Shown here piece after piece: positions 14,049 to 25,700 of a stretch of 64,000 nucleotides of DNA (position 1 is the first letter of the stretch; every line of letters starts with the position of its first letter). The translations under genes were made by a program, and so were the position numbers. The stretch is from Octopus sinensis (Eukaryota), in assembly GCF_006345805.1 (NCBI RefSeq), contig NC_042997.1:80476001-80540000 (forward strand), written 5' to 3'. The notes beneath the pieces are model-generated. The model saw only the letters and a program-made list of their open reading frames with translations. It had not been told where the DNA came from and ran no database searches.

Positions 14049-14659
14049 ATACACACATACATGTATGCCTGCTGCTGCTCTGTGTTTGTGTGTGTGTATA
14101 CACAAGCCACAGCTAATGCAAATACTAGCCAAAAATCATTATACATAAAGTTCAAAAGATGAAGTGAACAATCTAATGAACACATATTACCCTCATACTT
14201 AAATATCATATATTGTGAAGTTCAATAGTAATCTGATTTTTTTTTAATTCAAAGAAACTTTAAGAATTTAACAAAATCAGATTAGGATTCATTAGAAAAT
14301 TTTTTTCTTTTTCCCTTAACCGAGTAAAATGCAAAATGAAAACAGCAAAAAATATGGTTTTATGTTACATATTTCACTTGATTTTTTTTTCTGCTCTTTT
14401 CTTTTGAAAATCCTTCAAATTCTGAATCAACATTTGTGAATGTAAAATGGTATTTTTCTTTCTTGTTTTCTTCCTGTCGCAAAATGTTCTGGAAAATGTA
14501 ACTGTTACGATGGAAGAAAATATTCCCAACCACCAAAAAAAGTGGGGAGTAAAAATATTGGACAGTTTTGAGCAACTGTTTATCTATTGGAGACACATGT
14601 TTTCACAAACATAGTGATGAGATTTGTGTTGTAATTTTCATTTATAGATGAATAGGCTA

Positions 14660-15285
14660 TTTCAGATGAGTTGATAGTATAAGCCAAAAGAATTCTCAGG
14701 TGAGCTCAAGTGGGCCGGTAATAGAAGGATTAAAGATTCAGCAAGCAGTTAGAAATTCAGAGAGAGAGAGATTCTGGCTGAAACATTTGATGAAAAAGAA
14801 GAGGAGACAGAGATATATAGCACAGAGGTCAACTGAAAGTGGGGACAACCAACTGAGGGTCAGAGACAGAACTATAAAAGTAAAAAGGCAACCTTCAAAA
14901 GACTGGAAAAATGGAGACAGCAGAGAATTATATCAGTTACCTAGGTGAGAAGCTAGACATAAGGTTTACATAGGCAAGGTAACAGTAAATGTCCTACACA
15001 AGGATCAAAATTGTGAGGTATTCAGGACTGCAATACAGTTTATAAGAGAAAATCAAAATGTTGTGGGTGACAAATGTGAACAGGTGGGTAATGGTACATT
15101 TGCACTTAGTAATTCTGAAAAGAAAGAGGCACAGAAGTGCTACTATGAAAGGTTAGTAAGTAGTTGAGAATGCCTGGGAGAAAGCAGATGCTCCTAACAT
15201 GAACACAACAGCTATCCTAGTTGATAGTAGTATGACAAAAAAAGGCAATCAAAGAATATAAAGAGAGGGAAGGCTCCTCACCTAC
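14660..15285 (+). pseudogene. Old RTE ORF relic (endonuclease-RT linker)
   Basis: KDWKNGDSRELYQLPR and downstream sequence are homologous to 27500-27920. Confidence 0.7.
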
Positions 15286-16189
15286 ATACACAACTAACTC
15301 TCTCACAATTATAGGTCAGTTTCTATAAGGAAACTAGGATAATTTTAAATGATAATTGAAAAATATAAAATATCAAAAACTAAAGTAAACCAATAGTTCT
15401 AGTTGTTTGGAATAATTGGGCATCAAATTCATTCTGCATTTGAAAATATAAATGTAAAGTTAACAAGATTGAGTGATGCTAATATATTTTTTCAGTACAT
15501 ACAAGTTAATAGAATCAACTCAGAACTTGAACAATTAAATCACAATATAACATGTTAATAATCATGACAAAGACTGAAATCCCTGTATTCTAATATGTTG
15601 ATATTAACATTTTTTAATGAATAAATTCACATATATATAATGTGTAAATCAGTATAGTAAGATAGTAAATAACAGAAAGAAAATATTGGAAAATCAAGTT
15701 AATTCAATCTTAAATGATATATTATCAAGGTAAAAATAAAACTGATAATATATTACATACAATTATATTGAAAGCATTTATTCCTACTGTTTGGTAATCT
15801 TTACTTTTTATCATGCTAAGTGATTTATGTGTATCAACATAATGTATAAACCCCACAATTTCTAATTTCTCTCGGCAAATTCAAAAGGAGATGGAGTTAT
15901 TAGTATTTGATCCATAATCATAGTGTTCATTTTTTTTTTATCCAAAGCATGAAAGATCAGAAGCATTTTTTAAATAAATAATGTTACATTAACTATAATT
16001 ACTTTGCTGTGAGTGAGTGAGGCATTTCTTTATGTTTCTTTAAATAGAACATTTAACAAGATTTTGAGGATTGGTCTCCTGTTGGCTTCTCCAGTGAAAT
16101 ATGACAGAAAGTAAAATTTAATGATATTTTAGTTTACAGTCAAGATACCAATGAAAATCAATAGTAAATATATGAGTCAATGAGGGGAA

Positions 16190-16345
16190 CTCTACACAAG
16201 AACTTAATCTTCTAGAAATAGCAGAAAAATCACTCTTAATGCCAACCCTACCATTTTAAAAAGATGGAAAGAGGCATTAAAAAAAAATCAATAGTCATGA
16301 CCTAGTCTTCTTGGTGGACGCTGCTTTGTCGGTAAACAACAACAT
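16190..16345 (+). repeat. Dispersed ~170 bp repeat with (AAC)n tail; other copies near 36225, 39825, 49410, 50760, 54020, 59150, 62465
   Basis: Shared 'ctagaaatagcagccaaat.tccctcaaat.acaccctacc...ctttgat...gacctggggctaaacaacaac'. Confidence 0.65.
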
Positions 16346-17045
16346 TTACAAAACTATTATAATACTATAATGGAATATAAAAAATATATTCAGGCAGTGA
16401 CAAAAGATCTTTGTCCCCACAGTTATACTGTACAATATGATTTAAACTGTTGAGAAATAATTATCTAAAATGGTTTTGTCCAAGTTAATCATATTGCCAT
16501 TACCAAAGCATATTAACATTATATTTTATTTTTGGAATAGTGACTCTTGAAGCAAGTGAAGCTATAAATAATAGTATGTAAATATTAAATTGAAATATTC
16601 TTTTGGATAGAAAAAGAGGAAGGCTGCTTGTGAAATATGAACCCACATGATAGGCATTCTATTTAGACCAAAGTAATCCCTTCAAGTATTTCTATCCATT
16701 TTACAAACTTTATTGCAAGTGAAAGGTTTTTTTAATCCAATATTTATTTATACGCTATTATTTATAGCTTTATATGCTTCAAGGCACTCCATTCCAAAAA
16801 TAAATTATATTGTGTTCAAGAGGTTCTAAATTTTTATGGCATCAACATCTCATTTTATTCTTTCCCTTCCAAATCAAAGATAAATGGTATGATTTTAGAT
16901 ATTTTGTAGATATGACTTTCCTTTTTGTTGTTAAAGTATCTTGCCAAAGAGCACAATGCAATGATTAACATCCAAATATCAGTACATGACAGTGCACTCC
17001 AGGTCTCAGAACCTGGCCATTTGACGTACCAGTGCTTCCAACTAT

Positions 17046-17525
17046 TAAAAATGAATTTTCCTCTACAGCAGCACACCTGTTTCTGCACTCATTCTTGATC
17101 ATTCTCTCTCTCTCCTTCTCTTGCTCTGCCCTCTGGATAGGTGACCAAGTATCTCCTTTACATCAGCACACCTGTTTCTGTCCTCATTCTTGTTACCTCT
17201 CTTTCCCTCTCATTCTCTCTCTCTCTATGGCTGGGTAACCATGTACCTCCTCTATAGCATACTCTAACTTTTCATCATCTGATACAAGATCAGCTCCTCC
17301 AATGCCCTCTCCCTTCTCAAAATTCCTTGTTTTGCAAGTTACTTGGTGTTACCACTGTGAAGTGGTTGGCATTGGAGGGTATCCAGCTGTAAAAACTTTG
17401 CCAAAGCAAACACAATAGCCTGGAGTAGTTTTCTACCTGGCTGACTCCTGTCAAACTGTCCAACCCACGCTAGCATGGATGGCAGATGTTAAACGATGAT
17501 GATAATGATGATGATAATGATGATT
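17046..17525 (+). mobile_element. Older RTE-related 3' end with (ATG)n tail
   Basis: Paralogous to 10300-10745; ends gttaaacgatgatgat. Confidence 0.75.
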
Positions 17526-18064
17526 CAGTGACTAAAAGGGCTATTCTTCTACTGGTATGATTGAACAAGACAGAAAAGTGTGTAATCTCTTATTATATTG
17601 AAATTCCAGACATGTTAAATAAATGTTCATGCAAAAAATAAGGGAAAACTTATCATGTAATGTTGACTCTGAACATTAGGAGAGCTAACATAGGATTTGA
17701 GATTGTGTAAATTTACAGATTTTATTGACATTAGAGGCATAAGTAAAGAAAATAGTAGCATTTGGAAGTTGTATTTGGAACCCAGACAAACCATTAAGAG
17801 CTTATCTCTATTTAATAATTCACAAAAGCCTACATAATGATTAGGCATAAGGTAATTTTTTGTAGAGAAGACCTATGAACAGTTAAATCAAACCTAAAAT
17901 AAATTTTTTTAATGAATACCGACACAAAAAGAATCCCTATATCCTGCATTTTATCTAGTCAGTTTAATTAGCTTAATCATCTTAAAATTATAATCAGACT
18001 TTAGGTAAAAAAAATCAAATCAAAGCTGGTGATTTCAAAAGATGCTATATTAAACAATGCTTAC

Positions 18065-18168
18065 CATCTATATGATGAAAATTAACAGCTGGCAACCAAT
18101 TCTGATAATTCATTCATTTTGTCAGTCCCCTGCTGACTAAATTGGAATCTTTCAACACAGAAGGGTTT
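18065..18168 (-). other. Candidate spliced exon (UTR, non-coding, or start-codon exon)
   Basis: Long polypyrimidine tract then ctattag|AAACCC...ATAGATG|gtaagc; stops in all frames, but a late ATG (MNYQNWLPAVNFHHID) reads through to the donor. Confidence 0.4.
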
Positions 18169-18981
18169 CTAATAGAAAAAAAGAAAAAGAAAGCATAGTT
18201 GGTTAGGAACCATAAAATTAACCGTTAATTCAGCATCATGATAATGAGACAGGGAACAATTTTCTTGCTTCCTTAATATATAAATGAATTCCTAGTCATC
18301 ACAAAGAATACTGTTGATTGTCACACTACTGCTGTGCATTAATACTTATGCCAAGTCTATTCATTTAGCAAACTAGTGATTGACATTTTATGTTACTATC
18401 AATTTGGCAAGAACCATGTTAACAGTTGAAGAGATATGACAGTGAAGAGTGAAGCATATATAGACACAAACAGGCAAAAATGGAAACAAAGACGAAATCA
18501 AACATATAGTACTTTCAGAGAAATAAATGACATAGATATCCAAACAGTTTCATGAGTCACAGAAATGGGAAGGAGCTCAAAGAGGAATGGAAAAAAAAAT
18601 AATAAGTAACGAAAATCATCAATGACAAGAAAGAAATTACTATTCATCAGATATATATTAAGAATAAACTGTTGATACAAGTCAAACTGACTTCTCACAT
18701 TAGTACAATGCTACAAATTTGAAGTAGAAAGATATAGGAGATGAACTTCAGTGCACTACTAGCACTATTTTATTGTTTTGGGTGTGCACACGTACATATA
18801 TACATGATGAGCATTTATCAGTTTCTGTGTACCAAATTACATCATGGGGCATTGGTCAACTGGTAGCTATGGTAGAACACATCAGTGTCCATGCAATGGG
18901 AATCAACTCTCAACCATGAGATTCCAATACAAACTACTTAATCACATGGCCATGCGTGCAGCACTCCTCCCTCTCTCTTTC

Positions 18982-19018
<37 letters not shown>

Positions 19019-20148
19019 TGAGTATGAAGACCCAATAAATTACAAAATTCACCAGCATCACTTTGTGTAATATTAAATTGCTTATTAATAATAAATGATA
19101 AATCGCCTTTGTTTATCAACTATTGAATCACACAGGCTTAATAACCAAGTAAGCTATGGGATATTGTATTTAGTAATTCCCTATTTAATGAGGTATACTT
19201 GTCTTCATCCTTTGTCAGAGCATTTTGAAACATTTACATAAGTGATGACAAAGAAAAGCCAATGAAACAGGAGAAAAGTGAATTAATAAAGGATTTCATC
19301 AGCAACAAATTATAACAGCACAAAACAATGCAAATGAATAGCATAATACTGAAAAAAAAAACGTTTTTAATTCTTGTAAAAACAAATTAATAAAATGTTA
19401 ACATGTTAATAAAATTGATGTCATTTTTTTTACATCTTCAGACAACCAAATTTACTTCAGCTTAACTAAAAGCTATTTATATCTATTGACTTCTCTCTGA
19501 CATAGGCAAGACATTCAAAATGTACTGACAAAAGACAAGTACACTGTCTAAAACAAAACAAGTAACAGATTGATTATAATCAATGAAAGCATATCTTCAT
19601 GTAATTCTATGAAGATATGCTTTCATTTGACTTAAGAAATCACCACTCTCTGAACTGAATAACACAATGCAAAATGATGGGTCTAAGAATATAGGTCAGA
19701 GCAAAAATAGAATGGACCATATCATAAAAGGGAATTGGCATTCAATCAATTTTGGAATGAATTTAGATACAATCTACAAACAAAAATAAAACAAAATCAA
19801 AACAAGATTGCTAGCATTTTTACAGTTGGCCTTTTATATTTGTTGGATATGTTAAGAGTTACAAAAGGGAGTTTAGAGTTACAATATTGCTTCTTGTAAT
19901 AGAAGTGTATTACAGTTTTCATAAATAGACTTTAGTCAAGCTACAGTAGACATTAATGAAATTGTTATTGAAGTGCATGAAAATTTTAGTGAGTGTGTGT
20001 ATAATCAATACCTATAAAAATGTGCAGTGTGTGTGTGTATAAGTAAGTACATGTCATACATTTTAATTACTCATTTGAAGCTGATGGTTCATTGTGTCAT
20101 TACTTCAAGTTTCTTGCAGATAGGAGTGATTTATAGAAACACAGATAG

Positions 20149-20179
<31 letters not shown>

Positions 20180-20204
20180 TACATATTCTCATACATATAT
20201 TTGC

Positions 20205-20440
20205 TTTTGTCTTGAGCAAGACACTTTATTTCACAATGCTACAGTTCACTCACCTGTAGAAATGAGTTGTGATGTCACTAGTGCCAAGCTGTGTTGGCCT
20301 TTACCTTTGCCTTGGATAACTTCAGTGGCATGGAGAGGGGAGGCTAGTATGCATGGGTGACTGCTGGTCTTCAATAATCAACCCTGTCCAAACTTGTGCC
20401 CCAGAGTGTGCTTTCTAGGTGGTCATTTATGTAAGAAGAG
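20205..20440 (+). mobile_element. SINE fragment (family of 57795 and 63630)
   Basis: 'gtcttgagcaagacactttatttcac' core shared. Confidence 0.6.
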
Positions 20441-20511
20441 GGTCCTTCTTCTATACAGACATACACACAAATATGTGCACATGCACACATGTGTGTCTGT
20501 TTTTTTGTTTT

Positions 20512-20880
20512 TTTTACTTGTTTCGGTCATTAGACTGTGGCCATGCTGGCCTTGAAGAATTTCAGGTGAACAAATTGACACCAGTACTTTTATTATTTTT
20601 TTTATTGTATCAGTCTCTTTTGCAAAACTGCTAAATCACTGGGGCATAAACACACCAATACTGGTTGTTAAATGGTGATGGTGGTGGTGAGTAGGTGAGC
20701 AAACACAGACGCAAATTCACACACAACGGGCTTCTTTCAGTTTGCATCTATCAAATCTATTCACAAGGCTTAGGTCAGCCTGGGGCTATAATAGAAGACA
20801 ACCAAGGAGCCACAAAGTGGGACTAAACCCAGAACCATGTTGGTTGGAAACAAACTTCTTACCACACAGCCATACCTGCA
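20512..20880 (-). mobile_element. tRNA-derived SINE (family of 46515)
   Basis: Near full-length reverse-complement copy. Confidence 0.8.
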
Positions 20881-20898
20881 CCTCTCTCTCTCTCTCCC

Positions 20899-20929
<31 letters not shown>

Positions 20930-21072
20930 TTCAGCAAAACAATTAAGATTCAAATAAATTCAAATGAATATGGTACTTAACTTAGATGCACCAGAATTCT
21001 TTATGGTATTAACCATAAAATTATGTGGGGTGATTATAACCAAGAAAAAAGCAACAAGAATGGATCGGTAGT

Positions 21073-21159
21073 TTTCATACAATTGTTTCATACTATAAAC
21101 ATTTTATTTAAAGCTGCAAATATTACAGCAAATATAATGTCAAGTATTCATCAGCTAAA
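21073..21159 (-). ncRNA. Type-I hammerhead motif with stem I disrupted
   Basis: tttag-CTGATGA-atact...agtat-GAAA-caattg-TA-tgaaa (ctaaa required for stem I). Confidence 0.6.
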
Positions 21160-21801
21160 TCACATATAGGTTTTCCAAAACATCTTAGAGAGTGTAAATA
21201 TCCTTATGAAGTTATAGGAGTGAGTTCCATGAATTTGAAGTAGGATTCCAAGCAGACTATATATGTATTCCAACAATGCAAAGTTTTTAAAATGATTATT
21301 AACATCCCAGAGAAGATAAATCTACTCATAAAGATGTGGATATAAGTTCCAAGAGACATGAGGAAAGATGCTGGTCAAATGGGGATGTAAGAAGGAATAA
21401 AGATACCACAGACAAAGTTCAGTCTATATCTGTGGTGACAGAAAATCTAGGTCAGTGTAGAAGGAATCTTAAATTCATAAAAGAACTGTAAGTTTGACCA
21501 CCACTAACTCTGAATTGAGAAATTCACAGAATTAATGGTGGGATTAAGAATACAGGAAGATCAAAGGAAAACACTAAAGGGGTCATAGGTTATCGGTAGA
21601 GGGAGATACAGTAAGAAAATTAAGGTTAACACTGAGTAGATTTATCTTCTCTGGGATGTTAATAATCAATTTAAAAACTTTGCATTGTTGGAATACATAT
21701 ATAGTCTGCTTGGAATCCTACTTCAAATTCATGGAACTCACTCCTATAACTTCATAAGGATATTTACACTCTCTAAGATGTTTTGGAAAACCTATATGTG
21801 A

Positions 21802-22039
21802 TTTAGCTGATGAATACTTGACATTATATTTGCTGTAATATTTGCAGCTTTAAATAAAATGTTTATAGTATGAAACATCATCATCCATCATCCTCATTTA
21901 ACGTCCGCTTTCCATGCTAGCATGGGTTGGACGGTTCAACTGGAGTCTGGGGAGCCCGAAGGCTGCACCAGGCCAGTCAGATCTGGCAGTGTTTCTACAG
22001 CTGGATGCCCTTCCTAACGCCAACCACTCCTGTACTAAA
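21802..22039 (+). ncRNA. Type-I hammerhead motif interrupted by an RTE fragment
   Basis: tttag-CTGATGA-atact...agtat-GAAA-ca[153 bp RTE]tg-TA-ctaaa. Confidence 0.65.
21878..22030 (-). mobile_element. Young RTE 3'-terminal fragment (subfamily A)
   Basis: Nearly identical to 25034-25184. Confidence 0.92.
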
Positions 22040-23179
22040 ACTACCGATCCATTCTTGTTGCTTTTTTCTTGGTTATATATATATATATATAAATTATTAG
22101 CAATGGAAGCAGCATTAATATCAAACAGTAATCTTTATATCCAACTTAACATGGATGTCTTGTTAGAACAGTGAATGCTGTGTTATTAGCGTTGAGGGAG
22201 CCACTCCTATAGGTGCTTGGTGCATAAAAGCACACACATATCATAGCAGATGAGAACCATCTATCATGAGCATGGGAATTCTCATATCACATGATTTCAT
22301 TCTACTGGAAATCATCAGTGGGAAGCATTTGGTCATCACATAGTAGTCAAATCTTGCAGTAATGATATATAGAATACCTTCATCATTTAAACACTGCTGT
22401 TGCAAATAGCCAGCAGGTTTGTTAAAAATTAATTATTGGTGATGGAAGTAGTATCAATACCAAAAGGTAATCTCAACTGCTACAATAAATATCAGTGATA
22501 GATGAAAATGCAGCCAAGCAGCAGTCAGCATGAGTGCTCAATACATTTCAGTCGTTTTGAGCCACCCACATGCCTCTGATATAACATTCACTGATGTAGC
22601 AAACAGCTGCTTAACTGATTAAAACTCTGGTATATGCAATTGAGGCAATATTTAATTTTAAAATAATCATCTATAAGTCATAATATACATACAGTTTTGA
22701 TAGGCTAGTTACTGGGATATTTGTCCTAAGAGAACATCTATTTTGGACTTGCTGTGTTAAAAATATGATTAATGGATGACAGTTCAAGAGTGTATATACA
22801 TTTACACAGCTGGTGATTTGTATCTATGTATATATGTTTTTATGAGATTAGATACATACATGTACATATACGAAAGAGAAATTCAGTTAGAGGCAAAAAT
22901 AAATTAAAAACATACAATTGAAACAGTTTATAGAATTAGAAAAAAAAAAAAATGAAATTAAGTATGAAAATTTCAATACAATTTTCTGTTGTGTACAGTC
23001 ATCACATTGTTGAATTAGGTTACTACTAACGTGACAATTTCAGCAGTGAAAACTTAAAATTACAGAAGACTGAAATTAAGGCAACACATGAATTGTGTTG
23101 TTTCTAAGTATAAGAACTAGTTGATGAATCTTATTAGACAAGTGCTCTTCTTACTTTATATTATATTATATAAATATAT

Positions 23180-23510
23180 CATCATCATCATCATCATTTA
23201 ATGTCCACTTTCCATACTGGCATGGGTTGGACAGTTTGACATGGAGTTGGCTAGCAGGAAACTGTATGGCTCCAACTGTCTGTTGTGCTATGGTTTCTAT
23301 GGCTGAATGCCCTTTCTAATGCTGAACACTTAACAGAGTGTGTTGCGTGCTTTTTACGTGTCACTGTTACAGGTGTGCTTACGCAGCACTGGCACAAGTG
23401 CTTTTTAAGTGGCACTGGCACCTGAAAGAACAAGTCTATTTGTGTAGAAGACAACTATTTCCCTTAACTTGATGTGTCCTATCACGTACAGCAAATTGCC
23501 ACATCTGTAT
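23180..23510 (-). mobile_element. Older RTE 3' UTR fragment
   Basis: (cat)n tail, conserved 3' domain, degenerate gtg.cac.ggcac hairpin units. Confidence 0.75.
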
Positions 23511-23527
23511 GACAATAAAAATAATTA

Positions 23528-24743
23528 TTGGGTCATCCCATAAATAATGTATTTTTTTAATACTTCTTTTATTTTTCAAAATTCAGATAAACAGTTCTTT
23601 TTTGATCTAAACCAGATTGTCCTTCATTTTCTACAATGCTTTTCCATCTATCTGGTAGACTTGCAAGGCCCCACTTACAAAATTCACTTGTCTGTGATGA
23701 AAAATAGTCCTCCTGTACTGTTCTGACCTTGTCTACAGAATTCATGTTTTCCATCCAAATGATTCTGAAGATTGCAGAATAAATGATAATCAGATGGGTG
23801 TAATGTCCAACAAATATGGTGGGTGGGGCATTGTTTCCCATTCAAACTGCTCCAGCATTTAGAATGTGAGTCTCACAGTATCTGACAGAGCATTATCCTG
23901 ATGGAAGAACACCATCTTGAAATCAAAGATGGTCGTTTTTCTTCTAGCACTGACTTAAGCCGCTCAAGCTGCTCACATTAGATCTTTGTTATCATTTGGT
24001 TTGGCTTTAAAAGTTTGAAGTGGACTAAACCTTCCATATCCCACCAAACAGATAACAACACCTTATGTGGGTGAAGACCTTCTTTAGCTAGTGTTTCTCC
24101 TTTCCTTACCCACTCTTCAGTGCTTGGCATTTTATAGAGAACCCATTTCTCATCACCAGTCATTATTCAGTTCAAAAAAGGTTCATTCGTGAGATGTATC
24201 AGAAAAGAAGCGCACATATTCACTCTCTGGAGTACGATTAGACTTGGAAAGTTTGTGAGGAGTCCACTGACCCAATTTGCAGGTGTTGATGGATGGTTGA
24301 ATAACCAAATCCAAGCTTCTCTGTTATGATGGGATGATTTTGTTCCATCAGGGTTTGCAAGATATCCTCATCGAGCTCTACAGATCTTCCAGGACAAGGC
24401 TTGTCTTCTAGGCCGTAGTTTCAGGCTCAGAATTTCTGGAACCACTGTTGACAATGGCTTACGTTTATTGTCTGATCCCCATATAATGCATTCCTCACAC
24501 TTGTGTTGTTTCCTTTATTGAACTCATAAAGTAAAATATGCCAAATATGCTCACTTCCATTACAGTTTTGTAAAAATAACTATTAAAATCGAACTGTACT
24601 CTTCAAAACTTGCAATAAGAATAAGTACAAGGTAAAATTACTACCTGCTTTTATAGCAAGTTGATGCAGGTAGTTTATCCCATCTACCTCCAACTTTTAG
24701 TTCATACAAATGAAAAATCCACATTATTTATAGGATGACCCAA
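23528..24743 (-). mobile_element. Full-length degenerate mariner element with pseudogenised transposase
   Basis: TA|ttgggtcatcccataaataatg...cattatttataggatgacccaa|TA; peptides TGDEKWVLY, LHPHKVLLSVWWD, LPDRWKSIVENEG. Confidence 0.92.
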
Positions 24744-24748
24744 TATAA

Positions 24749-25011
24749 GCTTAAAGCTAGGCATTCACCATGTATTGGCTAAAGAAAATAGTCTAATATG
24801 GAGGCATATAAGCTCTCAACAGAAAAAAGTGTTTATTAGTATGTGTGTGAAATGAATCCACACATGTGTTAAATGAAGAAAAGGGTTATTAGCAAAAAAA
24901 TTCTGTAAATAATAATAATAATTACAAGCTTAAAGCTTAAAGTTCAATGTGTTTTGGCTAAAGAAAAGACTCTAATACTGAGGCATATAAGCCCTTGATG
25001 GAAAAAAGTGT
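24749..25011 (+). repeat. Degenerate direct duplication of ~90 bp
   Basis: 'gcttaaagct...ttggctaaagaaaa...ctaata..gaggcatataagc...gaaaaaagtgt' occurs near 24749 and 24928. Confidence 0.7.
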
Positions 25012-25199
25012 ATGTGTATGCGTGTATATATATCATCATCATCATCATCATTTAACGTCCGCTTTCCATGCTAGCATGGGTTGGACGGTTCAACTGGGGT
25101 CTGGGGAGCCCGAAGGCTGCACCAGGCCAGTCAGATCTGGCAGTGTTTCTACAGCTGGATGCCCTTCCTAACGCCAACCACTCCGAGAGTGTAGTGGGT

Positions 25200-25545
25200 G
25201 ATTTTATGTGCCACCGACACAGGTGCCAGACGAGGCCGGCGAACGGCCACGCTCGGATGGTGTTTTTATGTGCCACCGACACAGGTGCCAGACGAGGCTG
25301 GCAAACGGCCACGCTCGGATGGTGTTTTTATGTGCCACCGACACAGGTGCCAGACAAGGCTAGCAGACGACCACGCTCGGATGGTGTTTTTTATGTGCCA
25401 CCGACACAGGAGCCAGATGAGGCTGGCGATCGGCCACGATCGGATGGTGATTGTTACGTGCCCACAGCATGCAGGCCAGTCGGTGCGGTACTGGCTACGG
25501 CCACATTTGGATGGTTTTCTTGTGTGCCACAGGCACTGGTACCAC
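25200..25545 (-). repeat. RTE 3' UTR tandem array, 6 units of ~62-64 bp
   Basis: Repeated ttttatgtgccaccgacacaggtgccagac...ccacgctcggatggtg. Confidence 0.9.
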
Positions 25546-25700
25546 AGAGATACAAATTCCATTGATGTTCATCTATTTTGATTTTGTTTGATTTTTTGAT
25601 TTACACTTGCCTCAACAGGTCTTCACAAGTGTCACAAGAAGGAAGGTATGCACAGGTGGACTGACTACGTCCCAGGTAGGGGCCACGGGTTATGGCCTGA

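Larger units (their letters stand above)
20928..22074. mobile_element. Penelope-pLTR-like element with ~290 bp inverted arms, each carrying a hammerhead motif, bounded by (TA)n
   Basis: 21084-21328 is the reverse complement of 21633-21877 (1 mismatch seen); 21036-21081 pairs with 22031-22076. Confidence 0.8.
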
